Part shown: positions 19,038-28,818 of the stretch, one piece after another
How the letters are laid out: every line of letters begins with the position of its first letter
How positions within the stretch are numbered: position 1 is the stretch's first letter
From: Patescibacteria group bacterium
GTDB lineage: Bacteria > Patescibacteriota > Microgenomatia > UBA8517
Assembly (NCBI GenBank): GCA_041742135.1
Contig: JBGSJG010000004.1
Span: 299,773-363,772 of the forward strand
Reading direction: 5' to 3'
DNA: 64,000 nucleotides
Translations under genes and position numbers: made by a program
Notes under the pieces: model-generated
The model's input: the letters and a program-made list of their open reading frames with translations, nothing else
Told to the model about the DNA's origin: nothing
The model's database searches: none

Positions 19038-19412
19038 ATGAGTTTAGAGCGGCTGGGTGCAACTGTTGATTGGAGCGAAATACACAACCGCCTTGGATGT
19101 GTTAGAGGGTGGGGGGATTCGTGTGTATTGGTCGCCACCACGGTCATGGATTATCTGGAACAAGATTTGGGTGTTCCCAGAACAGAATTAACACTAAAGT
19201 CGGTCCGAACTGGTGAAGATGGGTGGTTTGCTCACGTTTGGGTTGAATGCGGACAAGAGATAATTGACCCCGAAGATTATCAAAAATTATATTCTGACTT
19301 ATACCCCAAGGGTACCATCGATGCTGAATTTGCCCGTGAATACGATAAGCTGAAACAGCTAGGTTTGCATAGCTTGATTCTGGAAAGAGGTGCTCAAGCC
19401 GCCTGTTTGTAG
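19038..19412 (+). CDS. hypothetical protein
   Basis: 124 aa ORF in an otherwise empty gap. No recognisable motif. Confidence 0.3.
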   Translation: MSLERLGATVDWSEIHNRLGCVRGWGDSCVLVATTVMDYLEQDLGVPRTELTLKSVRTGEDGWFAHVWVECGQEIIDPEDYQKLYSDLYPKGTIDAEFAREYDKLKQLGLHSLILERGAQAACL

Positions 19413-21043
19413 AGCTTTTTCTTATATTCTTCAAGCATGCGTTCGGCAGAAAATTGTTTAGATAAAGCAATCGAATTTCTCATTCTTTTAATCCAGCCTA
19501 GGGGCAACCCACTTTCATCACGATCGTAATACAAGGGCACTATTTCGCGCTCGAGTAAGTTATAAAAATTTTCAGATACACTTTCGGGGTTTAAAATCCA
19601 CCCAGCATCTGTCCAATCTGCTTCGTATGTCCAGCCGTCGAGGACAGTACAGTTGATCACTCCGTTTGCCGCAGCCTTCATGCCGCTTGTGCCACAGGCT
19701 TCTAGATTTCCTTTGGGAGTATTAAGCCACACATCGGAGCCGCTTGTTAAATGATTGGCTAAGGATATGTTGTAGTTGGCGACAAAAATTGCGTTGCCTG
19801 AAAGTTCGGTCGAGAAAATTCTTACGACTTCTTCAACTAAATTTTGTGAGTTGGCGTCTGCCGAATGAGAATTTCCTGCATACAAAATTTGAACTGGTCT
19901 GCCTGCGTTTTGAATAATGCTTTTTAGCTTTGCGATATCTTTAAAAATTGCTTTAGGCTGTTTGTACTCTGCAAGGCGCCTTGCCCAAGTGACGACTAGG
20001 CGATTTGGGTCATAGCTAAAGCCGGTTCGCTTCAGAACGGTACTGGCAAGCTCGCGCTTTTTGAGCATGTGCTGCTCCCAAAAATCACGATCGTTTAAGC
20101 TACGGTTTCGAAAGTCCGAATCTTGCCAGCGGTCCATGTGAACCCCGTTTGTGATACTTATCCATTTGTATTTCGGGTACTCGCGTCGGCAATACTCTCC
20201 GTGGACGCGTGAAACCGCTTGTTGCTTTCCCGAAATATTTAATGCGAATTTGGTAATCGAAAAGTTGTCCCCTTCGTGGCCTTCGCGCACTAGCTCGTAT
20301 GGATCGGCTACTCCAAGCCCTGCTGCGAAAGGCCCTGCCCACCACTTGGCTGTGTCAATGTGATAGCTGGGGTTACCCGCGGCCACCAACGTGTGATTGG
20401 TGTAAATAATTAATTTTTTTGCTTCCTGCCAAGCTTCAGTAAATGCTAGACCTTTTTCTTTTTGAATTTTTCGCACCAGCTCCCAAATTAAAAAACCAGC
20501 TCGGCCTTCGTTTATGTGATATAGCTTAGGCTTAATTCCAAGCTTCTCCATTAGCCGCATGCCACCAACCCCCAAAAGAATTTGCTGGCGCATTTGGCTA
20601 TCCGCATCTCCTGCGTAAAGCGTGTCCATGTCGTGAATCCAGTGTTCGGGGTTTTGGTCTACGTCTGTAGAGAGAAAAAATATTAGTGACTCATCCGAAA
20701 GCCGGAGATGATAAGACTTGACTGCGATTTCACCATCGGGAGTCGGGATAGTAAAGACCAGTTGATTTCCTTTGATGGTAGTAGGGCGCAGAAAAGAAGT
20801 GTCATGATCAAATTCGGAATCGCGTTTTTCTTCGTGACCCTCAGAGGTAATATGTTGGATAAAATTTTTGCCTTTATAAAGAATACCAATCCCGATAGCG
20901 GCAAAATGAGAAGATGCTGCCGCATGCAAATAGTCACCCGTTAAAATCCCCAAACCTCCAGCATAAGTAGGAAGCTCGTTGTCGATAGCGAATTCATTGG
21001 CAAAATATGCCACAGGAGAAAAACCTTTTGGCAGGATCATCAT
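19394..21043 (-). CDS. alpha-glucan (glycogen/maltodextrin) phosphorylase family protein
   Basis: N-terminal 'YFANEFAIDNELPTYAGGLGILTGDYLHAAAS' matches the GT35 signature 'YFSMEF...P.YSGGLG.LAGD.LK.ASD'. A conserved K-containing C-terminal region is also present. Confidence 0.72.
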   Translation of the reverse strand: MMILPKGFSPVAYFANEFAIDNELPTYAGGLGILTGDYLHAAASSHFAAIGIGILYKGKNFIQHITSEGHEEKRDSEFDHDTSFLRPTTIKGNQLVFTIPTPDGEIAVKSYHLRLSDESLIFFLSTDVDQNPEHWIHDMDTLYAGDADSQMRQQILLGVGGMRLMEKLGIKPKLYHINEGRAGFLIWELVRKIQKEKGLAFTEAWQEAKKLIIYTNHTLVAAGNPSYHIDTAKWWAGPFAAGLGVADPYELVREGHEGDNFSITKFALNISGKQQAVSRVHGEYCRREYPKYKWISITNGVHMDRWQDSDFRNRSLNDRDFWEQHMLKKRELASTVLKRTGFSYDPNRLVVTWARRLAEYKQPKAIFKDIAKLKSIIQNAGRPVQILYAGNSHSADANSQNLVEEVVRIFSTELSGNAIFVANYNISLANHLTSGSDVWLNTPKGNLEACGTSGMKAAANGVINCTVLDGWTYEADWTDAGWILNPESVSENFYNLLEREIVPLYYDRDESGLPLGWIKRMRNSIALSKQFSAERMLEEYKKKLYKQAA

Positions 21044-21075
21044 TCATGTTAACATGTCTCATGTCACTTGCGAAT

Positions 21076-21390
21076 ATGATGTGTGTGCCTTGTGAGGTTG
21101 GGGCTCCAGTTGCAACTTCTGAGGAGATTAAAAAATACATGTCAGATCTTACGCTTTGGAAGTTAACTGAGGATTCAAAGAAAATAAAAAGAGACTATGA
21201 GTTTAGCGGTTTCTCGGATGCAGTTTCTTTTATTAACAAGGTCGCCGCCGTTGCGGAGTCTCAGGGCCACCACCCAGATTTATGTTTGCATGACTTTAAG
21301 TATGTGGAAGTTGAACTTTGGACGCACAAAATAGGAGGACTACACAGAAATGATTTTGTAATGGCTGCTAAGCTCGACCAGCTTGTTTAG
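21076..21390 (+). CDS. 4a-hydroxytetrahydrobiopterin dehydratase (PCD/DCoH)
   Basis: 'GHHPDL' His motif, 'LTLWKL' N-terminus and the typical ~100 aa size. I chose the internal Met to avoid overlap with the phosphorylase gene. Confidence 0.78.
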   Translation: MMCVPCEVGAPVATSEEIKKYMSDLTLWKLTEDSKKIKRDYEFSGFSDAVSFINKVAAVAESQGHHPDLCLHDFKYVEVELWTHKIGGLHRNDFVMAAKLDQLV

Positions 21391-21395
21391 CTTTT

Positions 21396-21986
21396 TTATA
21401 AAGAAGATAACTTATCGATATCGGTAACTGATATCAAATTCCTTTTGTACGAAACCAAACCTTGGTCCTTAAGTTTTTTCATTTCGATACTAACACGCTC
21501 GCGGGTAAGCCCTGTCAAGGATGCCAAGTTTTCGTGAGTAAAGCTAAATTCTGGGCCAAAGTGTTTGTGAAGATATTGCAAAGTTGAAACGACTCTTTTT
21601 CTTGCATTTTCAAAGCTTAAGATTTCGATGCGCTTGGATAGTCCGCTTATACCTTTGAGAAGTTTCTTGGTCAACTCCATCAGCTCTTTTGGTTTGCTGG
21701 AATAATATTCAACCATTTCGTCTTTTGGTACACATACAACTGAGCAAGTGGTGAGCGCAGCAAGCGTATAATTGGGAACTTCATCATTTAAGCCCCACAT
21801 TAGAGGGAAGAGAGCCCCAGGTGTATATATGTGCAGGATTAATTCTTTGCCGTCCGATGAATCAGTGGAGTGTTTTACAAAACCGCTTTTAAGCAAAAAG
21901 ACATAATCTGGAGTTTCGCCGGAATTGAGGATTATATCGCCGGCTGCAAACTTTTTGATATGATGATTGTCTGTCGGCATAGCCAA
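21396..21986 (-). CDS. Crp/Fnr family transcriptional regulator
   Basis: N-terminal cNMP-binding beta-barrel (GDIILNSGETPDYVFLLKSGFV) and C-terminal HTH 'LASLTGLTRERVSIEMKKLKDQGLV'. Confidence 0.8.
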   Translation of the reverse strand: MAMPTDNHHIKKFAAGDIILNSGETPDYVFLLKSGFVKHSTDSSDGKELILHIYTPGALFPLMWGLNDEVPNYTLAALTTCSVVCVPKDEMVEYYSSKPKELMELTKKLLKGISGLSKRIEILSFENARKRVVSTLQYLHKHFGPEFSFTHENLASLTGLTRERVSIEMKKLKDQGLVSYKRNLISVTDIDKLSSL

Positions 21987-22043
21987 TTGTAATACATATT
22001 ACCCAAAATTTCCTCTTTTTGGTTATAATGCTTATGAAGTGAG

Positions 22044-22325
22044 GTGATTCATATGCCAGCAAAGAAAAAGACAGCGAGCAAGAGCTCTCCAAAAAAGGAA
22101 GAATTTGAGCTTAAGGGCGAGGATTTGGTAAAAAAAGTCAAACAATTGATCCGCGAAGGTAACGTGCGAAAAATCAGCATTATCGATAAAAACGGCAAGA
22201 CAATTGTTGTGTTACCGTTAACAATTGGTGTTGTTGGTGCGGTACTTGCGGCACCTTTGGCAATAGTTGGAGTCATCGCAGCCCTTGTGACTGAATGTAC
22301 TATTCGGGTTGAGAGGGAGCGGTAA
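22044..22325 (+). CDS. DUF4342-like small membrane protein
   Basis: 93 aa with a K-rich N-terminus, 'VKQLIREGNVRKISIIDKNGKTIVVLPLTIGVVGAVLAAP' and 'CTIRVER', consistent with the DUF4342 pattern. Confidence 0.5.
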   Translation: MIHMPAKKKTASKSSPKKEEFELKGEDLVKKVKQLIREGNVRKISIIDKNGKTIVVLPLTIGVVGAVLAAPLAIVGVIAALVTECTIRVERER

Positions 22326-22608
22326 GACGACTCATAGCCTCGTCAGAATTTATTCTAAGTGAAAAAACTCTCATGCCAGCTCTGTCAGCGACCGGAGTAT
22401 GTTCATCTGCCCCCAGAAGTGATAAAGCGTACTGGAGATATCCATCGAGATGGGTTTTGGAGCCGCTTAGATAAAACATCGTATGGTTTTCTGAGCCACT
22501 ATGTAAAATTAGATAAGGCTCCTCTTGCTGGTCTTGTTGGTCAAGTTCGAGTGAGCGGTGTAGTGCAGAGCTGTAGTCACCAGCTTCTCCTAAGTTTTCA
22601 ACTTTCAT
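22300..22608 (-). CDS. hypothetical ORF (doubtful)
   Basis: 102 aa. It is overlapped by an equally plausible 83 aa ORF on the plus strand. No motif seen. Confidence 0.2.
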   Translation of the reverse strand: MKVENLGEAGDYSSALHRSLELDQQDQQEEPYLILHSGSENHTMFYLSGSKTHLDGYLQYALSLLGADEHTPVADRAGMRVFSLRINSDEAMSRLTAPSQPE

Positions 22609-22640
22609 GATAGGAATGATACCACAAATAAGGCAATTAG

Positions 22641-23093
22641 CTATCTTTCTGTTTTTGGAAACATGCCGAACAAGTGTTCAACTACGGTTTGGGTCACATT
22701 GATTCCGGAAACCCGTGCTTCGTAGGAAAAAAGTATTCTGTGGTTGGCAGATAAGCCATCACCTTGTTTAAATGGAGGCGCGATAGTAATACTTGGTACG
22801 TATTGTATACCCAGATCTTCAAACGTCCGAAGAATATCTGATGTTAAATTTTCTGAGAGCATTTCAAATTCTAGCTGATCTCCGGAACTAGTGTGGTATC
22901 TATTTTGCAAGATAGTCCATGCTGCAAGATTCATGTAAGCGATATGATCAAAAACACGGTTTAAAACTTTGTCTGGGCTTTCGCGCAAGATGCAAGTGGG
23001 GGTTGATTGGTTCAATGCGATTTCGTCTCTTGTAATCCGAGAGTCAGATCGAGCTATAAGAATCCTTTCCTGGGTCATGAGGTATTGTATCAA
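22641..23093 (-). CDS. hypothetical protein
   Basis: 150 aa with no recognisable motif. It lies in a different frame from the 22300..22608 ORF. Confidence 0.35.
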   Translation of the reverse strand: MIQYLMTQERILIARSDSRITRDEIALNQSTPTCILRESPDKVLNRVFDHIAYMNLAAWTILQNRYHTSSGDQLEFEMLSENLTSDILRTFEDLGIQYVPSITIAPPFKQGDGLSANHRILFSYEARVSGINVTQTVVEHLFGMFPKTER

Positions 23094-23232
23094 AACATAT
23101 CAATAAATTAATAATTTTGCTAAACTTTAGTAGTGAAAACAAAGAGCTTCATTCAGCTTTTGGACAGCCGTAGGCTGCTATGCAGAACATGGTGACCTCA
23201 AAGGCAAACTACTATCTCTTGGACTGAATGGT

Positions 23233-23634
23233 TCAGGAAGTTAATTCATCAGGCAACTTGTTTTCCTTCGGCGCGAATTTAATTGACAATGAATTTACAC
23301 AGTGCCTTGTATCTTTCCCAGTTAATTTTTCCCCTTCGAACACATGTCCTAAATGACCTCCGCATTTGGCACACTGGATTTCCACTCGTGAGCCATCTCT
23401 ATCTGGGAGCCGCACAACCGCGTCTTTAAAATGCTCATCAAAAGCAGGCCAGCCACAGCCTGCGTCAAACTTCGCCTTTGAATCAAAAAGGGGATTGTTG
23501 CATCGGCGACATACGTAAGTGCCTTCTTTGTAAAAATCGTCATACTCGCCACTGAAAGGCGCCTCAGTTCCTTTTTGTACGATTACAGCCTCTTCCTCTG
23601 AAGTTAATTTGTTAAGCTTCATGCTCTTGTTCAT
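23233..23634 (-). CDS. msrB: peptide-methionine (R)-S-oxide reductase MsrB
   Basis: SelR domain with two CxxC pairs (CRRCNNPLF ... CAKCGGHLGHVF) and the catalytic region 'GCGWPAF'. Confidence 0.9.
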   Translation of the reverse strand: MNKSMKLNKLTSEEEAVIVQKGTEAPFSGEYDDFYKEGTYVCRRCNNPLFDSKAKFDAGCGWPAFDEHFKDAVVRLPDRDGSRVEIQCAKCGGHLGHVFEGEKLTGKDTRHCVNSLSIKFAPKENKLPDELTS

Positions 23635-24001
23635 CTACAGCCATAGCTTCCTCTTTTGTTTTATGAATTGTGCCATCAGGGTGGTGTGCAGGGGAATATA
23701 TCGTGTAAAGTTTAAGATCTTCTGAATCGGAAAGATTAATGACGTTATGCTTGCTTCCTGCGGGAACGATTACTGCCGAGCCATCAGCAACCATGTGCTC
23801 TGAGCCATCGATGATTACTTTGCCACGTCCCTTTTCGAATCTAAAAAACTGATCCTCCAGCTCATGGATTTCCTCGCCAATGTCTTCGCTAGGCCTAAGG
23901 CACATTAAAACCAATTGGCTGTGGGCAGCGGTGAAAATTACCTTTCTAAAAAAAGTATTTTCCAAAGTTAGTTTTTCGATATCGCCGGAATAACCATTCA
24001 T
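23612..24001 (-). CDS. cupin domain protein
   Basis: Cupin_2-like beta-barrel motifs 'HELEDQFFRFEKGRGKVIIDGSEH' and 'VIVPAGSKHNVINL'. Confidence 0.65.
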   Translation of the reverse strand: MNGYSGDIEKLTLENTFFRKVIFTAAHSQLVLMCLRPSEDIGEEIHELEDQFFRFEKGRGKVIIDGSEHMVADGSAVIVPAGSKHNVINLSDSEDLKLYTIYSPAHHPDGTIHKTKEEAMAVDEQEHEA

Positions 24002-24028
24002 GATTCATTATAACAGCATTCAACAAAA

Positions 24029-24122
24029 CCCCGAGCATTCGCTCGGGGATGGGTTGAATGCCGATATGTCATCCTCCTTCGGAGGTGGAAACCCTGCTCG
24101 CTAGAGCGGGGAGGATGTCATA
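24029..24122. promoter_or_regulatory. GC-rich nested hairpin cluster in divergent intergenic region
   Basis: A perfect 8-bp stem 'CCCCGAGC-attc-GCTCGGGG' (24029-24048). Beyond it, a 12-nt inverted repeat ATGTCATCCTCC/GGAGGATGTCAT (24065-24076 / 24110-24121) encloses the CCTCC-ttc-GGAGG and CCCGCTC-like hairpins. A good -10 'TATAAT' at 24137-24142 lies just before the 24151 start. Confidence 0.4.
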
Positions 24123-24150
24123 ACACCCTGTTGTATAATGGAAATTCGTA

Positions 24151-25209
24151 ATGAGTATCACAAAAGGATTTGTCCACATCGCAATCGTTATCGCAGTTGG
24201 ATTATTGGTTGCCGCTGGCGTGGTTTTTCTTGGGGCAAAACAGCCGGCTCAAAACGGCGATGAGAAAACATTATTTGAGCAGGTCACCAGAAACATGGAG
24301 CCCACGACAACTCCCTTTTTGTTTGAGGAACTGACAATTCCATATTTGCGTAGCCGTGAATATAAGAGCGAGCTTGGCGAGTTATCTCGGTATTCTGACA
24401 ATGGCACTTACACGTCTTATCTAACAAGCTATGATTCGGATGGCTTAAAAATAAACGGACTTTTAACCATTCCAAAAGGAGATGGGCCTTTCCCTGCAAT
24501 TGTCTTTGTCCATGGGTATATCGCGCCAACTATTTATAAAACAACTGAACGATACAATGATTACGTCAATTACTTGGCCAGAAACGGTTTTGTGGTTTTT
24601 AAGATTGATCTGCGTGGGCATGGGGAATCGGAAGGTGAAGCTGGTGGAGCTTATTATTCTTCCGATTACGTGATAGATACACTAAACGCATACTCTGCCT
24701 TAAAAAACGCAGATTTTGTGAATCCCGATGCAATAGGACTTTGGGGGCATTCGATGGCAGGGAATGTGACTTTTAAAAGCTTTGTTGTTCACAAAAATAT
24801 TCCCGCAGTCGTCATCTGGGCTGGAGCCGGCTTTACATATTCTGACCTAGCCGAGTATCGGATCAGCGATAATTCTTATAGGCCACCAACGCAAAATACG
24901 GAGCGCCAGCGCAAAAGGCAGCTGCTTCGTGACACGTATGGGGAATTCAATCCTACAGATGAATTTTGGAAACAGGTTGCCCCAACAAATTATTTAGATG
25001 GCGTATCGAGCGTCATCGAACTTCATCACGCTGTGGACGATGATGTGGTGAGTATTCAGTACAGTCGTAACCTGATCAACGTTTTGGATAATTCAGAAAT
25101 CCCTCATGAACTTTTTGAGTACGCTTCCGGAGGCCACAACCTTGAAGGCTCAGCTTTCTCCTCAGCAATGGCGCGGACTGTAGAGTTTTATAAGCGGAAT
25201 TTAGAATAA
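24151..25209 (+). CDS. alpha/beta hydrolase (S9/dienelactone-hydrolase-like), membrane anchored
   Basis: N-terminal TM segment, nucleophile elbow 'GLWGHSMAG' (GxSxG) and a downstream Asp/His region (HHAVDDDV). Confidence 0.72.
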   Translation: MSITKGFVHIAIVIAVGLLVAAGVVFLGAKQPAQNGDEKTLFEQVTRNMEPTTTPFLFEELTIPYLRSREYKSELGELSRYSDNGTYTSYLTSYDSDGLKINGLLTIPKGDGPFPAIVFVHGYIAPTIYKTTERYNDYVNYLARNGFVVFKIDLRGHGESEGEAGGAYYSSDYVIDTLNAYSALKNADFVNPDAIGLWGHSMAGNVTFKSFVVHKNIPAVVIWAGAGFTYSDLAEYRISDNSYRPPTQNTERQRKRQLLRDTYGEFNPTDEFWKQVAPTNYLDGVSSVIELHHAVDDDVVSIQYSRNLINVLDNSEIPHELFEYASGGHNLEGSAFSSAMARTVEFYKRNLE

Positions 25210-25248
25210 TTTTGTTTTATCGCAATTTTTGTGTAAGATAAATTACAT

Positions 25249-25728
25249 ATGCGTAGTTTTCTGATTCTTATTGTTGTGGGGATGCTTTTGGCTGTTGGTG
25301 GCTTGGCATACTTCATGATCCAAAATGTCGCAACCGATAGGCCAGCGACTACTCCAACTGGTGTAACCAGCTTTGAATCAACCGGCGAAACCGATGAGCC
25401 TTCGGTGGCTGGTAAGTATGTTAGTTTTACCGAATCCGCACTCGCAAATTCCTCTGGCCGAAGAGTTTTGTTTTTTTATGCCAACTGGTGCCCAACTTGC
25501 AGGCCGGCTGACACGAACATTCAAGCGAACGAGGGCAGGTTGCCAACAGATTTGACTGTTTTTCGAGTTAACTATAACGATAGCGATACTGATGCGGCAG
25601 AGAAGGCTTTGGCACAAAAATACGGGGTTACTTATCAGCATACGTTTGTTCAGATAAACACGGATGGAGCTGAGATTGCAAAATGGAATGGCGGGGCGCT
25701 CCCTGAGCTTTTGGAGAATATTAAGTAA
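25249..25728 (+). CDS. thioredoxin-fold protein (membrane anchored)
   Basis: N-terminal TM segment and 'FFYANWCPTCRP' (WCxxC active site). Confidence 0.7.
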   Translation: MRSFLILIVVGMLLAVGGLAYFMIQNVATDRPATTPTGVTSFESTGETDEPSVAGKYVSFTESALANSSGRRVLFFYANWCPTCRPADTNIQANEGRLPTDLTVFRVNYNDSDTDAAEKALAQKYGVTYQHTFVQINTDGAEIAKWNGGALPELLENIK

Positions 25729-27353
25729 TGCTAGTATTAATCGTTTTTTCATTTGTGGCAGGTATCGTGACGATTTTGTCTCCATGTATTTTGCCGATCT
25801 TGCCAATAATTCTTTCTTCAAGTACAGACACAACTGGTAAAAGACGCCCTTTCGGAGTGGTTGTTGGGTTTGTTTTAAGTTTTACTTTCTTTACACTTTT
25901 TCTCTCCACTATCGTTAGGCTAAGCGGGATTCCAGCTGAGTCTTTAAGATTCTTGTCAATATTTATTCTCATAGCTTTTGGTTTAAGCCTTTTGGTCCCC
26001 GCGTTTCAGGTTTTTCTCGAATCGCTTTTTGCGCGTCTTTCTCGTTTTGCTCCAAACGTCCAAAATCGACGTGGATTTGGTGGGGGAGTAATTGTTGGGC
26101 TTTCACTGGGGCTTTTGTGGACCCCCTGTGTGGGTCCAATCTTGGCTTCCGTCATAAGTCTTGCCTTGTCCGGCACAGTAACCGCTCAAGCCGTGATAAT
26201 TACCTTGGCTTATTCTATCGGCACGGCTGTTCCCATGTTTATTATCATGCAGGCAGGCTCGCGGGCTCTCCAGAAAGTTCCGGGGTTGGTTAAAAACACC
26301 GGCAAAATTCAAAAAGCATTCGGAGTGCTTATGATACTGACGGCGATTGGAATATTTTTCAACATCGACCGCAAGTTTCAGAGTTTTATACTTGATACTT
26401 TTCCACAGTATGGAGTTGGCTTAACAAAACTTGAGGACAATGAGGCGGTTAAGAAAGAGCTAGCAAAAGTTAACGAAAACCCAATGGATGAAACACAGAT
26501 TGGAAAACCAATGAGCGATGTTGTTGCCAAAGGACCGCTCGCACCTGAAATAATTGCCGGAGGGCAGTGGCTTAATTCCGAACCGCTTAGACTATCAGAA
26601 CTTCGCGGGAAAGTGGTTCTGGTGGATTTCTGGACTTATAGTTGTATAAACTGCCAGCGAACGTTTCCATATCTTCGTGATTGGTGGGAAAAATACAAAG
26701 ACGATGGACTGGTGATTATCGGAGTTCATTCTCCAGAATTTGAGTTTGAGAAAGACGTTGATAACGTCCGAGAAGCAGCAGCTGACTTTGATCTTACTTA
26801 TCCGATTGTGCAGGATAATGATTTTGCCACTTGGCGCGCCTATTCCAACCGCTACTGGCCGGCAAAATATTTCATTGACAAAGATGGAATTATTCGTGGC
26901 ACGCATTTTGGAGAAGGAGCTTATGATGAATCTGAGAAATTAATCCAAAAACTTTTATCTGAGACCGGAAGTGATATTTCTCAAGAAATTGATAACCCGG
27001 AATATGAAATTTATTCCCGGACACCCGAGATTTATTTAGGAAGCAAGCGCTATAATGGCCAAAATTACATTAATCTAGAAGGAGACTACATCCAAAGCGA
27101 TGAATACTTGGCTTTCCAAAAAGGGGCGCAGTTAAGCCTTAACTTCGAAGCAAAGAATGTCTATTTGGTCATGAATCCGACTGAAGAGAGTGCACGCGTA
27201 GACGTTTACCTTGATGGTGAATTTCTAAAATCTGTCGAAGTGACAAGCGATTCACTGTACGAATTAGTAAATTTAGAAGCACCTGGAAAACACGAGCTTA
27301 AACTCGAGTTTCCTGACGGGAACATCAGGCTTTTTGCATTTACTTTTGGTTAA
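25728..27353 (+). CDS. CcdA/DsbD-type transmembrane disulfide transporter fused to TlpA/ResA-like thioredoxin domain
   Basis: CcdA signature 'ILSPCILPILP' with a second Cys TM region (WTPCVGPIL). C-terminal redoxin domain 'VVLVDFWTYSCINCQRTFPYL'. Confidence 0.75.
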   Translation: MLVLIVFSFVAGIVTILSPCILPILPIILSSSTDTTGKRRPFGVVVGFVLSFTFFTLFLSTIVRLSGIPAESLRFLSIFILIAFGLSLLVPAFQVFLESLFARLSRFAPNVQNRRGFGGGVIVGLSLGLLWTPCVGPILASVISLALSGTVTAQAVIITLAYSIGTAVPMFIIMQAGSRALQKVPGLVKNTGKIQKAFGVLMILTAIGIFFNIDRKFQSFILDTFPQYGVGLTKLEDNEAVKKELAKVNENPMDETQIGKPMSDVVAKGPLAPEIIAGGQWLNSEPLRLSELRGKVVLVDFWTYSCINCQRTFPYLRDWWEKYKDDGLVIIGVHSPEFEFEKDVDNVREAAADFDLTYPIVQDNDFATWRAYSNRYWPAKYFIDKDGIIRGTHFGEGAYDESEKLIQKLLSETGSDISQEIDNPEYEIYSRTPEIYLGSKRYNGQNYINLEGDYIQSDEYLAFQKGAQLSLNFEAKNVYLVMNPTEESARVDVYLDGEFLKSVEVTSDSLYELVNLEAPGKHELKLEFPDGNIRLFAFTFG

Positions 27354-28387
27354 CCAAAGACATAGCCTTTGCCACGGTGGGTTCGAATTATTTCTTTATA
27401 AATCCCCAGATTTTTTATTTTCCTACGAATGTTTTCCACTGTTTTAGCCAGCGCGTAGAGTGAGAATTTAAAGTCAACATTATCTTTCCAGATGGCTTCA
27501 GCTGCTTCGTCGAAAGTTATTAATTTGCCGGGGTTACTAAGAAGCGCAACAAGCAGTGAGCGTTCTTTGGGGGTAAAAAGCTCTGTAATGTCTTTGTCTC
27601 TTACGATTATTTTTTGATCGACCGCTTTAATGATAGGTAAGGATGGAAAGCCGAGTCTTTCTAAATATGCTTCTGAATCTGAAATGATTTTTGTCGAATG
27701 CGCGCTGTTTGTTATGCCTTGTCTAGAAATCTCGGGCAAGATTTTTCTGAAAATGGTGTAGTCAAGAAGGTACTCGACGTTGTTTTGTTTGATAAACCAG
27801 TCAAAGTTTCCAGCTGTTCCATCAAGATTTGTTTTAATTTTATGAAGCGCAATAAGAATCGTTTTGCCGATCATATCTGCGGGCATATCGATCCGCTGGG
27901 TGAGATTTAAGACAAACCCGCGAGATGCAGGTTTTGGATAGATCGATCCGGCAGTCCCGAACGGAGTAAGTAGGATTTCGATCGATTCAATCTTGAAAAC
28001 TACGCTTTTTGCACCCAAAAAATCATTAACAGCACTGTAGAATGCGCTTTGGCGCTTTTGCCATACGCGTGTAATTTTGTCGATCTCTTTTTGCTTAATG
28101 CTGGCATGTTTTTCAAGTTTTTCGACAACTTCTTCAACGGCTTTTTTAGGAAAACCCATTCCGTAATCATTGTTTTTTGATTTTATTATTTCTCTCCAAA
28201 AACTGGCAGATAGATCAAGATCTGGAAAATGGCTGACTTGGAAGTTTTTACTTACAGCGTAGGGAAGTACGGCATAACCGGAGTTTGAATAAAAGCCAAC
28301 AGATATTGATTTTGCTAAATAGCAGATATATTCGGCCTCAACTTGTACGGCCGTTGTAAAAGTAGTTTTTGGTATTTTCATACTCAA
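27350..28387 (-). CDS. transcriptional regulator with C-terminal OmpR/PhoB-type winged helix; N-terminal domain of unknown type
   Basis: C-terminal 'LLSNPGKLITFDEAAEAIW...ALAKTVENIRRKIKNLGIYKEIIRTHRGKGYVF' resembles trans_reg_C. The N-terminal ~240 aa is not a REC domain. Confidence 0.5.
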   Translation of the reverse strand: MSMKIPKTTFTTAVQVEAEYICYLAKSISVGFYSNSGYAVLPYAVSKNFQVSHFPDLDLSASFWREIIKSKNNDYGMGFPKKAVEEVVEKLEKHASIKQKEIDKITRVWQKRQSAFYSAVNDFLGAKSVVFKIESIEILLTPFGTAGSIYPKPASRGFVLNLTQRIDMPADMIGKTILIALHKIKTNLDGTAGNFDWFIKQNNVEYLLDYTIFRKILPEISRQGITNSAHSTKIISDSEAYLERLGFPSLPIIKAVDQKIIVRDKDITELFTPKERSLLVALLSNPGKLITFDEAAEAIWKDNVDFKFSLYALAKTVENIRRKIKNLGIYKEIIRTHRGKGYVFG

Positions 28388-28448
28388 GATAAACTCAAGA
28401 TAGACAATTCGAGTGAGAATATTATAGGTCAGATTTAATTTTAATCAA

Positions 28449-28799
28449 ATGAGCGCCGAGAGCATAACGAGTAACGTTTTTGTAACAATCTTACGCGATG
28501 GGGATAATGCTTTAACAGAAATCACCGATGTGACATGGGCCTCGCGGGAAGATCTGGTAACTCAAGTTCTAGCGCATCATCCTACTGCGAGCGCTATGGA
28601 ACCTTATTTATTGCATGAGGTTCAAAATCTACCTAAAGAGAAAAGAGGAAAGGTTTTTATCGGAGAAGTTCAACCTCTTCACAACTTTGCAGGGGGCCCA
28701 GATGGCAGGTTGTGCAATATGGTTTTATCAGTCGACAGGAATGGGCAGTATGTTTTGTTTTTTCCGGAACAAGACGACGTAGTGTCACTACCAGAATGA
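28449..28799 (+). CDS. hypothetical protein
   Basis: 116 aa ORF. No motif. Confidence 0.3.
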   Translation: MSAESITSNVFVTILRDGDNALTEITDVTWASREDLVTQVLAHHPTASAMEPYLLHEVQNLPKEKRGKVFIGEVQPLHNFAGGPDGRLCNMVLSVDRNGQYVLFFPEQDDVVSLPE

Positions 28800-28818
28800 T
28801 TTACACAGGAGGAATAAT

